Part shown: positions 46,354 to 55,508 of the stretch, in pieces | How positions within the stretch are numbered: the first letter of the stretch is position 1 | Layout of the letters: every line of letters starts with the position of its first letter | From: a virus | Taxonomy: Duplodnaviria; Caudoviricetes | DNA length: 58,149 nucleotides | Strand: one strand, 5' to 3' | Virus record (IMG/VR): IMGVR_UViG_3300034351_000038 | Span: 1 to 58,149 of that record | Program-made: the position numbers and the translations under genes | Notes under the pieces: generated by a model | What the model was told of the DNA's origin: nothing | What the model saw: the letters and a program-made list of their open reading frames with translations, nothing else | Databases searched by the model: none

Positions 46354-46629
46354 TTGATTATGTATTCTGAGGATTCAATTATGCAACTCGTTAAAACAGG
46401 TTCGTCAATCTTCACAATTCCTTTTGAGATCCCAGCTACTTTTGCGTTCCACAAACATGCATTCAAATATATCCCTGGGGTGTGGAAATTCGCCAAGTAC
46501 GGCGGGAACAACCCAGTGATAGGAGTGGTTGATTCATATGAAGCCAGGGCAGAAGCAGTAAAACTCAAAAGGACCTACATCACGCAAAACATCACTGTCC
46601 CAGAATGGCTAGAGGAACTTACAAAATGA
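46354..46629 (+). CDS. hypothetical protein
   Basis: ORF in operon; start uncertain (possibly 46381). Confidence 0.55.
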   Translation: MIMYSEDSIMQLVKTGSSIFTIPFEIPATFAFHKHAFKYIPGVWKFAKYGGNNPVIGVVDSYEARAEAVKLKRTYITQNITVPEWLEELTK

Positions 46630-46811
46630 AACCCTTCATTGTGATCGTGTGTTCGTTGTTTGCTGTGTCTTGTGCAAAAATGCCACATAGACTTGAGATT
46701 GAAGACGCAGGTGTTATTAAGGTGACTCCAATCGAAATACCATACGAGAAGGAACATGATATTGGTTTTTGTACACCACTTGGTTTCACCAAGTGTATCT
46801 ATTCACTTTAA
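46626..46811 (+). CDS. small lipoprotein
   Basis: MKPFIVIVCSLFAVS-C lipobox-like signal; GAGGA SD. Confidence 0.6.
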   Translation: MKPFIVIVCSLFAVSCAKMPHRLEIEDAGVIKVTPIEIPYEKEHDIGFCTPLGFTKCIYSL

Positions 46812-46825
46812 TTTGGAGTTAATAT

Positions 46826-47074
46826 ATGAACGAATCATTAGAAGAGCTTCATGAATTTGCTATGGTGCAAGATAAGTGGCAACTAGCTATCAAACAGCAA
46901 GAGGAAGGAGACTACGGAAGGGAACTTATTCTTTTGTCTCGCTGGCTATCTGGAGGGGCTTATTTTTCAGAGTATGGTACAAATAAATATCATGATCTTC
47001 ATTTGTTGTCTATGATAGCACTAGAAAGAGTTGATGTCGTTAATAGGTGTAATTCCAATATCGATTTACTATGA
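46826..47074 (+). CDS. hypothetical protein
   Basis: GGAG SD. Confidence 0.6.
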   Translation: MNESLEELHEFAMVQDKWQLAIKQQEEGDYGRELILLSRWLSGGAYFSEYGTNKYHDLHLLSMIALERVDVVNRCNSNIDLL

Positions 47075-47271
47075 GTGAGCACACACCACAATTTTCCTTA
47101 TGGCTCTACATCGACTACTGGGATAAAAGAGAGCAAACAATGACAGATTGTCACTATGATAAAAAGACACATATAGATTGTATATTGCAAGCATACATTT
47201 ACGATAAGATATGTTCTTTTAATCTGTCAATCGATAACTTCATAGCCTATAAAAAAACTGCAAATATTTGA
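47071..47271 (+). CDS. hypothetical protein
   Basis: ATGA overlap. Confidence 0.45.
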   Translation: MSEHTPQFSLWLYIDYWDKREQTMTDCHYDKKTHIDCILQAYIYDKICSFNLSIDNFIAYKKTANI

Positions 47272-47339
47272 TATATAGCAACTGGGTTGTTGTTGTCAGT
47301 TGATATCAAACAAACTTAGAGATATGTCAGGGGTACAAA

Positions 47340-47660
47340 ATGAGTAAAAAACAAGATACTATTGGTCCACTTACTTATGAAGGACTTTGTACTGGGTTTA
47401 TAGATGGAGGTGGAAACCAGATTATATGTGGAAGGTTTTTACGGAGACTTGGATATTATCCAAGCTACTATAAGACATATTATGCAAGATGGTCAACTAA
47501 AAAACCAAAACATAATCATTATATTGTTTTTGAATGGCACTCAAATAAAGCTATTGTTAATGATGTAGGGAATGTTGCTACAACCCTTATGTTTGATTAT
47601 ATGATGAAAGATACACCAACAAACATACCACTATATGGTTGGCTTGAAGAAGAGGTATGA
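47340..47660 (+). CDS. hypothetical protein
   Basis: AGGGG SD. Confidence 0.6.
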   Translation: MSKKQDTIGPLTYEGLCTGFIDGGGNQIICGRFLRRLGYYPSYYKTYYARWSTKKPKHNHYIVFEWHSNKAIVNDVGNVATTLMFDYMMKDTPTNIPLYGWLEEEV

Positions 47661-47661
47661 A

Positions 47662-47850
47662 ATGAAAACTGGTGTTCAATCAAGAATGGTTTATTCGTGT
47701 TTAAACGAAGCATATGCATCTGAATTTTCTGAAATGGAAGATTGGAGTGAGAATTTAATGTCGATTGTTGATATGGGTATCCTTGATGCAGTTATACTTG
47801 GTTGGTCAATTAAAGTAAGCACAGAATACCTAGACACATTAAATATATAA
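47662..47850 (+). CDS. hypothetical protein
   Basis: GAGG SD. Confidence 0.55.
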   Translation: MKTGVQSRMVYSCLNEAYASEFSEMEDWSENLMSIVDMGILDAVILGWSIKVSTEYLDTLNI

Positions 47851-47861
47851 TAGACAAGCAC

Positions 47862-48302
47862 ATGAATATTAAATGGTATAAAAGATTTCTTGATTTAGCT
47901 CTGCATATCTCCGAATGGAGCAAAGATCCATCATCGAAGGTTGGTGCGGTTATCACCGAAGGTAACCGTATCGTGTCGCTTGGTTACAATGGGTTTGCTG
48001 CTGGTGTTGAAGACAACGATCATAGACTTAATAACAGGGATATAAAACTCAACCTGACAATCCACGCGGAAGAGAATGCCATGATCTTTGCCAAACAAGA
48101 TATCTCAGGTTGCACCATCTATCTGACTCACCCGCCTTGTCCTAGATGTGCATCAAAACTGATCCAGGAGGGTATCAGACTCATTGTCTACCGTGAACCA
48201 ACTGAAGATTTTCTTTCTAGGTGGGAAAAGGACATTAATTTATCCAAAAAGATTTGTGAGGAAGCTGGCGTAACAATGCTATGTTATCATTTAACGAAAT
48301 AA
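47862..48302 (+). CDS. dCMP deaminase
   Basis: WSKDPS.KVGAVI, GYNG, HAEENA, PC..C. Confidence 0.93.
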   Translation: MNIKWYKRFLDLALHISEWSKDPSSKVGAVITEGNRIVSLGYNGFAAGVEDNDHRLNNRDIKLNLTIHAEENAMIFAKQDISGCTIYLTHPPCPRCASKLIQEGIRLIVYREPTEDFLSRWEKDINLSKKICEEAGVTMLCYHLTK

Positions 48303-48366
48303 TCAAGATAAATCATTTAGTCTAAAACATATTGTTTGTCAATAGTTTTAACTACAAAATTATAGG

Positions 48367-48395
48367 TTGTAATTTTAATCTGGTGGTGCTATAGT
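48367..48395 (+). promoter_or_regulatory. sigma70-like promoter
   Basis: TTGTAA-17-TATAGT with extended -10 TG. Confidence 0.7.
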
Positions 48396-48433
48396 TTTAT
48401 ATATAGACGTGTCTCTCTTAGGAAACAAAATCC

Positions 48434-48901
48434 ATGATCACTTATACAAACTGTACAGGTTTTTCTACATCATTGCAGGAAAGACAAGATTGTGCTGTTA
48501 TTGCCGTTGCAGTTGCAACACAAACACCATATTTAGAAGTGAACAGATTGTTTACGTCATTTGGCAGGCAGTATAGATGGCCTACATCATTTTCCATTAC
48601 ATTAAAAGTATTGAATTACTTGGGGTTCACCACTGAGTTTCCAAGTGGTGATTGGTTTCTTACGAAGAGGGAATTTTATAATAAGCATGGATTTATTGAA
48701 CCGTTCCAAAAGAACCTAAGGAGGTTTACCCCGATATCGCTGGAAAGAGCTGCAGATAAAGAATCTATCTACTTAGTGAAAACCAAAGGCCACATATACA
48801 CCCTTTACAAGGGTAGCACTGAGTGCTATGTTTATGGAACACGAAAGAGAGTACTCTGGTTAACAAAAGTGGTAAAATCACACAATGAGGATATATTATG
48901 A
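48434..48901 (+). CDS. hypothetical phage protein (DC.V.A.A motif)
   Basis: AGGA SD; E..DCAVIAVA...Y..V...GR. Confidence 0.65.
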   Translation: MITYTNCTGFSTSLQERQDCAVIAVAVATQTPYLEVNRLFTSFGRQYRWPTSFSITLKVLNYLGFTTEFPSGDWFLTKREFYNKHGFIEPFQKNLRRFTPISLERAADKESIYLVKTKGHIYTLYKGSTECYVYGTRKRVLWLTKVVKSHNEDIL

Positions 48902-49098
48902 CTACATTCAAACAAACATCTGTTTTGGAATATGACCCAAAGCTTAGGGTGTATAGAGATAAAGCAAAGAGGTTTTATCTTGTGTGGGAAGGAAGAATTG
49001 ATGGAAGCCTCATTCTTAGAAAAGAGCAAATCGAGCCATTTTTAGCAACTAGGCTGATTAAGGATGGTATTGAGTATTCAAACTTCTGCGACGATTGA
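48898..49098 (+). CDS. hypothetical protein
   Basis: GAGGA SD; ATGA overlap. Confidence 0.6.
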   Translation: MTTFKQTSVLEYDPKLRVYRDKAKRFYLVWEGRIDGSLILRKEQIEPFLATRLIKDGIEYSNFCDD

Positions 49099-49367
49099 TG
49101 GAGTATACTTCCATGTTGATGTTTGACGATTTGTTGAAAATGACAGATCAAGAAAGACTTGATTATCTCGATCAAGAAGCAGAAAAGATTTTTGCGAGAG
49201 CGAATCCAAACAATGTGCTTAAGCTCAGGGCTATACATGCACGTCTGTCGCAGAAGAGAAAGAAAATCAAGAACAGATACGTGGCAGCACAGATGATGTA
49301 TCATGATATGCTAATCGCACTCGAATACCTTAACGACGCGCTAAAGGGAACCGTAAAACCAAAGTAG
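49095..49367 (+). CDS. DUF3135-like protein
   Basis: FD.L......L...AE.I...A.....KLR...RL......N pattern. Confidence 0.55.
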   Translation: MMEYTSMLMFDDLLKMTDQERLDYLDQEAEKIFARANPNNVLKLRAIHARLSQKRKKIKNRYVAAQMMYHDMLIALEYLNDALKGTVKPK

Positions 49368-49410
49368 TAACCTATGCTTACTCGTTTGTTGATTTTGAGA
49401 GGATTAATCG

Positions 49411-50205
49411 ATGAAACAATATCTCGAACTAATGAGTTATGTCTTAAGAAATGGAGATGAAAAGAGTGATCGCACAGGTACAGGTACCCGTAGTGTCTTC
49501 GGTTATCAGATGCGTTTCTGTCTTGAAGAAGGATTTCCACTAGTGACAACCAAGAAGATACATCTGCGCTCGATCATCCACGAGCTTCTCTGGTTTCTCA
49601 AGGGTGACACAAACGTGAGATACCTGCAGGAGAACGGTGTCAGGATCTGGAATGAGTGGGCTGATGAAAACGGCGATCTAGGGCCCGTCTACGGTCATCA
49701 GTGGCGTTCCTGGCCTACCCCGGACGGTGGTCATATCGACCAGATCAGCCAGCTGGTGGAACAGATTCGCCGAAATCCAGTCTCGCGGAGGCTCATCGTA
49801 TCCGCCTGGAACCCCGCTGAGGTGGATCAGATGGCATTGCCCCCTTGTCACTGCCTGTTCCAGTTCTACGTGAACGAGGGGCGCCTCTCCTGCCAGCTCT
49901 ACCAGCGCAGCGCTGATGTCTTCCTGGGAGTGCCGTTCAATATTGCCTCATATGCTTTGTTGACGATGATGGTGGCTCAGGTATGTGAGCTTGAAGTTGG
50001 TGATTTCGTGCATACCCTCGGCGACGCCCATTTGTACAAAAACCATATTGGCCAGGCACTGCTGCAGCTGAGCAGAAACCCACGAACTAAGCCTATAATG
50101 CAGATTAACCCTGATGTCAAGAATATTTTTGATTTCAAATTCGATGATTTTCAACTGAGTGAATATGATCCCTACCCCCGCATCTCTGCGCCAGTGTCTG
50201 TGTGA
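49411..50205 (+). CDS. thyA: thymidylate synthase
   Basis: 264 aa; DRTGTGT, ELLWFL.G, LGPVYG.QWR, PPCH, YQRSAD.FLG.PFN; closely resembles bacterial ThyA. Confidence 0.97.
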   Translation: MKQYLELMSYVLRNGDEKSDRTGTGTRSVFGYQMRFCLEEGFPLVTTKKIHLRSIIHELLWFLKGDTNVRYLQENGVRIWNEWADENGDLGPVYGHQWRSWPTPDGGHIDQISQLVEQIRRNPVSRRLIVSAWNPAEVDQMALPPCHCLFQFYVNEGRLSCQLYQRSADVFLGVPFNIASYALLTMMVAQVCELEVGDFVHTLGDAHLYKNHIGQALLQLSRNPRTKPIMQINPDVKNIFDFKFDDFQLSEYDPYPRISAPVSV

Positions 50206-50216
50206 TGGTGGTGATC

Positions 50217-50256
50217 TGGGGATGGCCACCTAGTGTTGATTAGGTGGTTTTCCCCA
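50217..50256 (+). terminator. hairpin/terminator after thyA
   Basis: TGGGGA..CCACCTA-loop-TAGGTGG..TCCCCA. Confidence 0.5.
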
Positions 50257-50336
50257 CAATTTCATATAGTTACGTCGCGCATACAGTGGTGACCTCTACT
50301 TCCTGCCTATATCTCCCCTCCTTAAAAATATAAACT

Positions 50337-50365
50337 TTGCAAAATAATATAGGTTAATCTATAAT
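50337..50365 (+). promoter_or_regulatory. strong sigma70-like promoter for the accessory region
   Basis: TTGCAA-17-TATAAT with AT-rich upstream element. Confidence 0.8.
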
Positions 50366-50404
50366 ATTAGTTACAGCACAATATTTCGTCTTAGGAGTCA
50401 AATC

Positions 50405-50548
50405 ATGAATCACCTTCGCGGGTGGAATGCCTTCGTAACTATTCATCATTTTGCCACTGGATGCTATATCATAGCTGACTGCAATACACTACTGAGTGAC
50501 AAATTATATGCTTGGTATCTTCGTCTTGAAGACGACAAGACTTTTTAG
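50405..50548 (+). CDS. 47-aa hypothetical protein, not in ORF track
   Basis: AGGAG SD; manual translation MNHLRGWNAF... Confidence 0.55.
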   Translation: MNHLRGWNAFVTIHHFATGCYIIADCNTLLSDKLYAWYLRLEDDKTF

Positions 50549-50559
50549 GAGACTAATTC

Positions 50560-51108
50560 ATGTGTGACGACAAGGTCATTCTTTACGATTCACCAGAAGC
50601 AGCACAGTATCGCACAAATATCTCTGGGTGGGTAAATAGCAGAAACCAGTTTTTCGGCGAAAACGAACATGCTGCTCGGTATTCTGGAGCCACTCACACC
50701 AAATGTGCAAAGTGTGGATCCATTATGCCAATCAGGGGCCTGATAATTTGTAACGATTGCTACCACGCAAAGAGAGTTGAGGAATACAATGCTTTCCCCG
50801 CTGTGGAGTGGGATGGTAAAACGCCGTTGTGTTCGTTGACGACTGGCGATTTTATCATGAACGAAGGTCAACTAGAAGAGGCACTGGAAGACTACGTGGT
50901 GTTTGGTGACCTTATGATTGTTATTTGTGAACCAAATTACTATCCAAAGATAGATGATGATTATTTCGAGTCCCCCATCACAGATGAAGAGTTTGACATT
51001 CAATTCATCCCACAAGAGTTGGGTGAGAAGATAGATGAACTCAATGCGCTAATCGACACACTACCCCCTGCATCCTGGTCACCAGGTAAGACGAGGCCTA
51101 TATTATGA
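50560..51108 (+). CDS. conserved phage protein with Zn-binding Cys pairs
   Basis: YDS.EAA...SGWV...F.G..E..ARY.G.TH..C..C...C..C. Confidence 0.7.
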   Translation: MCDDKVILYDSPEAAQYRTNISGWVNSRNQFFGENEHAARYSGATHTKCAKCGSIMPIRGLIICNDCYHAKRVEEYNAFPAVEWDGKTPLCSLTTGDFIMNEGQLEEALEDYVVFGDLMIVICEPNYYPKIDDDYFESPITDEEFDIQFIPQELGEKIDELNALIDTLPPASWSPGKTRPIL

Positions 51109-51422
51109 ACAAATCCGAAACTACAAAAGGCAATGTGATTTTCTCCAAAGATCGCGAGAGGCTCGGCATAGAGTTAGTTAATGTTTACAACAAAGAAAAA
51201 ATTGATATATCTGGATCAACAATTCGTCGATTCGATGCGTCTTCATGGCCAGAAGGTAGTGATAAACCACCGCATTTTCTTTGTATTTTTTCTAGTCCTG
51301 GAGTTACGGAGTATATACCATTCTCGTCCATAGGGTTTCGATACAAAGGAGTAATGATCACAAGCGATTATGCTGAAAAATTAATCGAAAGAGAGGCCCG
51401 TAATGTTCCAAATGAGAACTAA
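51105..51422 (+). CDS. hypothetical protein
   Basis: GAGG SD; ATGA overlap. Confidence 0.6.
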   Translation: MNKSETTKGNVIFSKDRERLGIELVNVYNKEKIDISGSTIRRFDASSWPEGSDKPPHFLCIFSSPGVTEYIPFSSIGFRYKGVMITSDYAEKLIEREARNVPNEN

Positions 51423-51674
51423 ATACGTGTCAGTTGAAAAAGTGCGCGCGTTCGTTAATGGCGTAAGCATCATATCTGGCCTCATCGCGGGGGTCTTTGC
51501 AGTTGTCTGGGGCTTCTGGTATCTGGCGCAGCAATTCTAGCCTAGTGGGAGGATATCATGGAAAAAGTAAAACTCATTATTCATATTGGCATTGTTGTCA
51601 CTATATTTGCTTGGGTTGGTTGTATTTATTACTTTTTTAATTAGATGTGGTTTCTTCTTGGGAGGAATGAAATA

Positions 51675-51905
51675 GTGAAAAAGAATACAGAGCTGTCGAA
51701 AGGAGATACAGTGAGAATGGATCCCGATGGATACGCGCTCATCAATAATGATGAGTCTACATCACCAATTCCCATGTGGATCCCAGGTATTGGAGAAGTC
51801 ATAAGGTGTGAAGAAGGTCAAACCTGGGTAGAGTGGGATAATGGCCTAGAGACCGTTCATCAATCGACACGCACATATTTGATGAGAGTAGAAGATGAGC
51901 AATAG
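51675..51905 (+). CDS. SH3-like (MIB/HERC2- or DUF4314-like) paralog 1, one domain, divergent
   Basis: LSKGD.V....G.V....VEWDNG....L.RV. Confidence 0.7.
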   Translation: MKKNTELSKGDTVRMDPDGYALINNDESTSPIPMWIPGIGEVIRCEEGQTWVEWDNGLETVHQSTRTYLMRVEDEQ

Positions 51906-52314
51906 AGCTGTTGTTAGAGGCGATAGAGTTATTCTGTCTGAGCTTACTGAGTGGGATTATTCTTACGCAAATCCACTTGGTGTTGTGGGGACCGTTGATT
52001 ATATATACCCAGTTGATCAAGATAACTCTGTATGGATTGAGGTTTTGTGGGATAACGGAGAGATAAATCAATACGACAGAGATGAATACGATCTAATAAA
52101 GGTGCAAGAAATCGAAGACAATCGACAATTGTCAAAAGGAGACAGAGTGACGTTGTTAGCTAATGCTAAGTGGCAAAAATTTACTCAAAACAAACTGGGC
52201 ATAGTGGGGTCTGTTGTTCATATTGGGAAATACGTAATCTTGATACATTGGGACAACGGATTTGAAAATTTTAGTAGCACCAAAGACAATGGTATTGTAA
52301 AGGTGATAAAATGA
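51895..52314 (+). CDS. SH3-like paralog 2, two domains
   Basis: GDRV.L..W..N.LG..G.V..WDNG twice. Confidence 0.8.
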   Translation: MSNRAVVRGDRVILSELTEWDYSYANPLGVVGTVDYIYPVDQDNSVWIEVLWDNGEINQYDRDEYDLIKVQEIEDNRQLSKGDRVTLLANAKWQKFTQNKLGIVGSVVHIGKYVILIHWDNGFENFSSTKDNGIVKVIK

Positions 52315-52763
52315 AAAACAAAGATTTGATTAAAGGCGATAGGGTAGTGTTATCAGATGATACAAGATGGAATACAAAACGTGAATCTAATCCTTTGGGG
52401 GTAATGGGAACAGTAATTGATCCAGATGAAAGTTATTGTATGAATCTTTTTTCAGGTCATGTGTTCGTTAGGTGGGACAATGGGGTTGAGAACTCATACG
52501 CCCCATATGAAGATGACTTAGTGAGGGTAAGAAAAACGATCAATAGTGATTTAATGCGTGGTGATAGAGTAATGTTGTTAGCTAATACGAAATGGAACAC
52601 AAACTATGAATCTAATCCTTTGGGTGTAAAAGGAACAGTAATTGATCCAGATGAAAGTGATTATGGTATTGTTTCTTCAAAAAATGTGGTAGTTAAGTGG
52701 GATAATGGGTTTGAGAACACATACAAAGAATATGAATATGACTTGGTGAGGGTAGAAAAATGA
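52311..52763 (+). CDS. SH3-like paralog 3, two domains
   Basis: Same motif twice; near-identical DNA at a 225-bp offset. Confidence 0.8.
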   Translation: MKNKDLIKGDRVVLSDDTRWNTKRESNPLGVMGTVIDPDESYCMNLFSGHVFVRWDNGVENSYAPYEDDLVRVRKTINSDLMRGDRVMLLANTKWNTNYESNPLGVKGTVIDPDESDYGIVSSKNVVVKWDNGFENTYKEYEYDLVRVEK

Positions 52764-52981
52764 TCAATAGTGATTTAGTTCGTGGTGATAGAGTGGTTCT
52801 TTCCATAAATACACGTTGGAATTATGATTATCCATCCAATCCAGCTGGGATTAAAGGAAGAGTCACTAACCCTCGATTCGTAGATTACAGTGGTTATCTG
52901 TGTGTTGAGGTTCGGTGGGATAACGGGGAATTTAATACTTACAAACTAGATGATAATGATTTGATCAAGGTGGCACCATGA
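52760..52981 (+). CDS. SH3-like paralog 4, one domain
   Basis: GDRVVL..W..NPAG.KG.V..VRWDNG..N.Y...DLIKV. Confidence 0.8.
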   Translation: MINSDLVRGDRVVLSINTRWNYDYPSNPAGIKGRVTNPRFVDYSGYLCVEVRWDNGEFNTYKLDDNDLIKVAP

Positions 52982-53382
52982 GCAACCGTGATTTGATTAA
53001 AGACGATAGAGTCATGTTGTCGCATGACAATGTATGGATGATTGGAAATGACAACCCCTTAGGTGTGGTTGGGACTGTTTCTTATGACATATCCATTGGT
53101 TGGATTAGTGTTTATTGGGATAATGGGACACTTAACACCTATTATGAAGGTGATAGTGATCTGGTGAAAGTAAGAGAACTCGAATTCAACGAGGAACTTG
53201 AAGAGGGCGACAGAGTAATGTTGTTGGCTACCACTAAGAATGCTATTGGCCCCACAAACCCTTTGGGTGTTAAAGGAACAGCCACTTACCTTGGGAAACA
53301 TACATTGTCGGTAAGATGGGATACTGGAGAAGAAAACGTTTATTATGGAGAGGACAATGAATTAGTGAAGGTAGAATCATGA
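52978..53382 (+). CDS. SH3-like paralog 5, two domains
   Basis: Motif twice. Confidence 0.8.
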   Translation: MSNRDLIKDDRVMLSHDNVWMIGNDNPLGVVGTVSYDISIGWISVYWDNGTLNTYYEGDSDLVKVRELEFNEELEEGDRVMLLATTKNAIGPTNPLGVKGTATYLGKHTLSVRWDTGEENVYYGEDNELVKVES

Positions 53383-53798
53383 GTAATTCAACCATATCAA
53401 ACGACGATCTAGTCATGTTGTTGGCAGACCATAAATTTGATAGGGTCGAAGACAACATATTAGGAGAGCCAGGATGGGTTACTACTGCTACACCAGATAT
53501 GTTATGGGTAGAATGGGACACCGGAGAAGAAACCGTTTATAACCTTGAAGACCATGACTTGGTAAAGGTGGTTAGACTTAGAAGCAATGAAGACCTATCG
53601 AAAGGAGATAGAGTCATGCTATTGGCTACTACTGATTGGAGTGTTTGTTATGAACACCCACTTGGAGTTATTGGAGAAGTCACTAGTATTGACAGCTATA
53701 CGATGAGAGTCTACTGGGACAACGGAGTTGAGAACGTTTATTTTGTACAAGATAACGATCTGATAAAGGTTGTTAAGGAGTGGGGTAATGCCTATTAG
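53379..53798 (+). CDS. SH3-like paralog 6, two domains
   Basis: Motif twice. Confidence 0.8.
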   Translation: MSNSTISNDDLVMLLADHKFDRVEDNILGEPGWVTTATPDMLWVEWDTGEETVYNLEDHDLVKVVRLRSNEDLSKGDRVMLLATTDWSVCYEHPLGVIGEVTSIDSYTMRVYWDNGVENVYFVQDNDLIKVVKEWGNAY

Positions 53799-54060
53799 TG
53801 AAATCAAAAATATGAATGAGGTCATACGCATTAGTGATATAGAAGGGCGTGTTGTTGGTATTCTGAAGGAACACCCAATATACGGATGCTCTGTGTCTTA
53901 TGTTACTCAGAGATTAAAAATACTTGAGCAGGATACAAGACGTCTATTAAACAAATTGATTACACGCGGGTTTGTATTCCGACAAATCTCCTTTTTCTTT
54001 GAATCGACAACGATGTATAAACTGACAGATCTTGGGGTGTATGAATCACGAAAGTGGTAG
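53788..54060 (+). CDS. winged-helix DNA-binding protein (putative)
   Basis: SV..V...L.I.....R.LNKL..RGFV.R........Y.LT.LG. Confidence 0.6.
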   Translation: MPISEIKNMNEVIRISDIEGRVVGILKEHPIYGCSVSYVTQRLKILEQDTRRLLNKLITRGFVFRQISFFFESTTMYKLTDLGVYESRKW

Positions 54061-54398
54061 GGGTTATGAAGATGATGAAAGACTCAACTCAGTTTGTTAT
54101 AGCCATGGCTCTTTTGGTTGGATGGATAGTGTTCACAGTCTTCCTCGTGTCTGACTCTATTTAACTGGGACAAATCATGTTAGAAAATTTGTTGGTTGTT
54201 GCATCTTCGTGCGTAGCAGAAGGTTATGAGTCTATGATAGAAGGTGCATTGATTTTCTTTGTTGGGGTTTTGTAGGCTACTTATTGTTCTGGTTTGGTTT
54301 TGGTGATTGGTGGGATTTTTAGAGTTCTGCTACTCATTGTGTGCTCCATTTAAATTGAAGAGGTGAATTATGAAAACTATGACTAAACGTGAAAAAAG

Positions 54399-54668
54399 AT
54401 GCTTAACACTATTTTTAGTTATGAAAGAAAGGAAAACGATATCTTTTTGTTCTTAAACACTACTGGTGAGGTAATTCAGCACGACGTTGATGATCTTTAT
54501 GCGCTGTTAGGATTTTACAACACTGATAAGGAACAACTTTTCATTGCCGGTGATGACAATGGTGGAGAAACATTCGGGTTCTGTGTGCCATTGGACGATG
54601 TCAGTTTCCAGTGGAACGATGAGGAAATCTCTCTCAAGGAAGCGCGGAAGATCATCAAGAAAGGTTGA
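54399..54668 (+). CDS. hypothetical protein (true start possibly 54370 across an A6 run)
   Basis: ORF track; the only clear SD lies upstream of out-of-frame ATG 54370. Confidence 0.55.
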   Translation: MLNTIFSYERKENDIFLFLNTTGEVIQHDVDDLYALLGFYNTDKEQLFIAGDDNGGETFGFCVPLDDVSFQWNDEEISLKEARKIIKKG

Positions 54669-54729
54669 CTATACTAAGAGCACTAACAGCTACGTGGGGT
54701 GGGTAACACACCCTATAAGAGGTTGCAAC

Positions 54730-55116
54730 ATGAGCAATATAAATTTGGAAAAATTCAGCAGTGTGATGCTGTTGGCTTCCACTAGGTGGGATGTTGACCA
54801 TACTAACCCATTAGGAGTATTAGGTACTATTATTGGCAAGGGCCTTGGTTTAATTTGTGTCAAATGGGACAATCAAAACAGAAACGATTATATGGGTGAT
54901 GATAGTGATTTGGTGAAGGTAGTTGAAGTCAAGGATAATGGAAATTTATGTAAGGATGATAAGGTGATGATGTTGGCTAATATTGGTTATGGATATCCAC
55001 TTGGAGTCATTGGAAATGTTGTTGATGTTAAAGAAAACGAAATGCGAGTAGAATGGGATAAGGGTTTTGTCAGTAGTTACTTAAAAAAACATAACAACCT
55101 TGTGAGGGTGGCATAA
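54730..55116 (+). CDS. SH3-like paralog 7, two domains
   Basis: GAGG SD; motif twice. Confidence 0.8.
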   Translation: MSNINLEKFSSVMLLASTRWDVDHTNPLGVLGTIIGKGLGLICVKWDNQNRNDYMGDDSDLVKVVEVKDNGNLCKDDKVMMLANIGYGYPLGVIGNVVDVKENEMRVEWDKGFVSSYLKKHNNLVRVA

Positions 55117-55508
55117 TGTACAACAAACATCTTGAATTAGACGATAGAGTAATGCTATTGGCTACCACTAGGTGGGATACAGATGATCATAACAACCCAT
55201 TGGGGGTAGTTGGAACTGTCACTGGCGTTGACTCTGGTTGGGTTTCCGTTAGCTGGGATAGCAAAAACAATAACAGCTATAGGGTAAGAGATGATGATCT
55301 GATTAAGTTGGCAAAAAACAGGAGTCATGAAAGGTTACATAATGGCGATAGAGTAATGATAGTGGCTACACCTGGAAGTCAAAGACAATTGGGGGTGGTT
55401 GGGGCAGTTGCTAATATCAACAAACGTTCTGTAGCGATACGCTGGGACAATTATGTTGATAGCTACTACGTAAATTACTCCAAGCTGGTGGTGGTGGATG
55501 ATGAGTAA
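55116..55508 (+). CDS. SH3-like paralog 8, two domains
   Basis: Motif twice. Confidence 0.8.
   Translation: MYNKHLELDDRVMLLATTRWDTDDHNNPLGVVGTVTGVDSGWVSVSWDSKNNNSYRVRDDDLIKLAKNRSHERLHNGDRVMIVATPGSQRQLGVVGAVANINKRSVAIRWDNYVDSYYVNYSKLVVVDDE

Noticed and set aside
49411-50205. ThyA-like base-modifying hydroxymethylase (hypermodified DNA system)
   Set aside because: The protein is canonical ThyA with the dUMP-specifying Asn (PFN), and no kinase, glycosyltransferase or 7-deazaguanine genes were recognised.
54273-54275. Genome-wide TAG recoding
   Set aside because: Core genes (MCP, tail tube, tail terminator) end properly at TAG, long genes are uninterrupted, and no suppressor tRNA is present.
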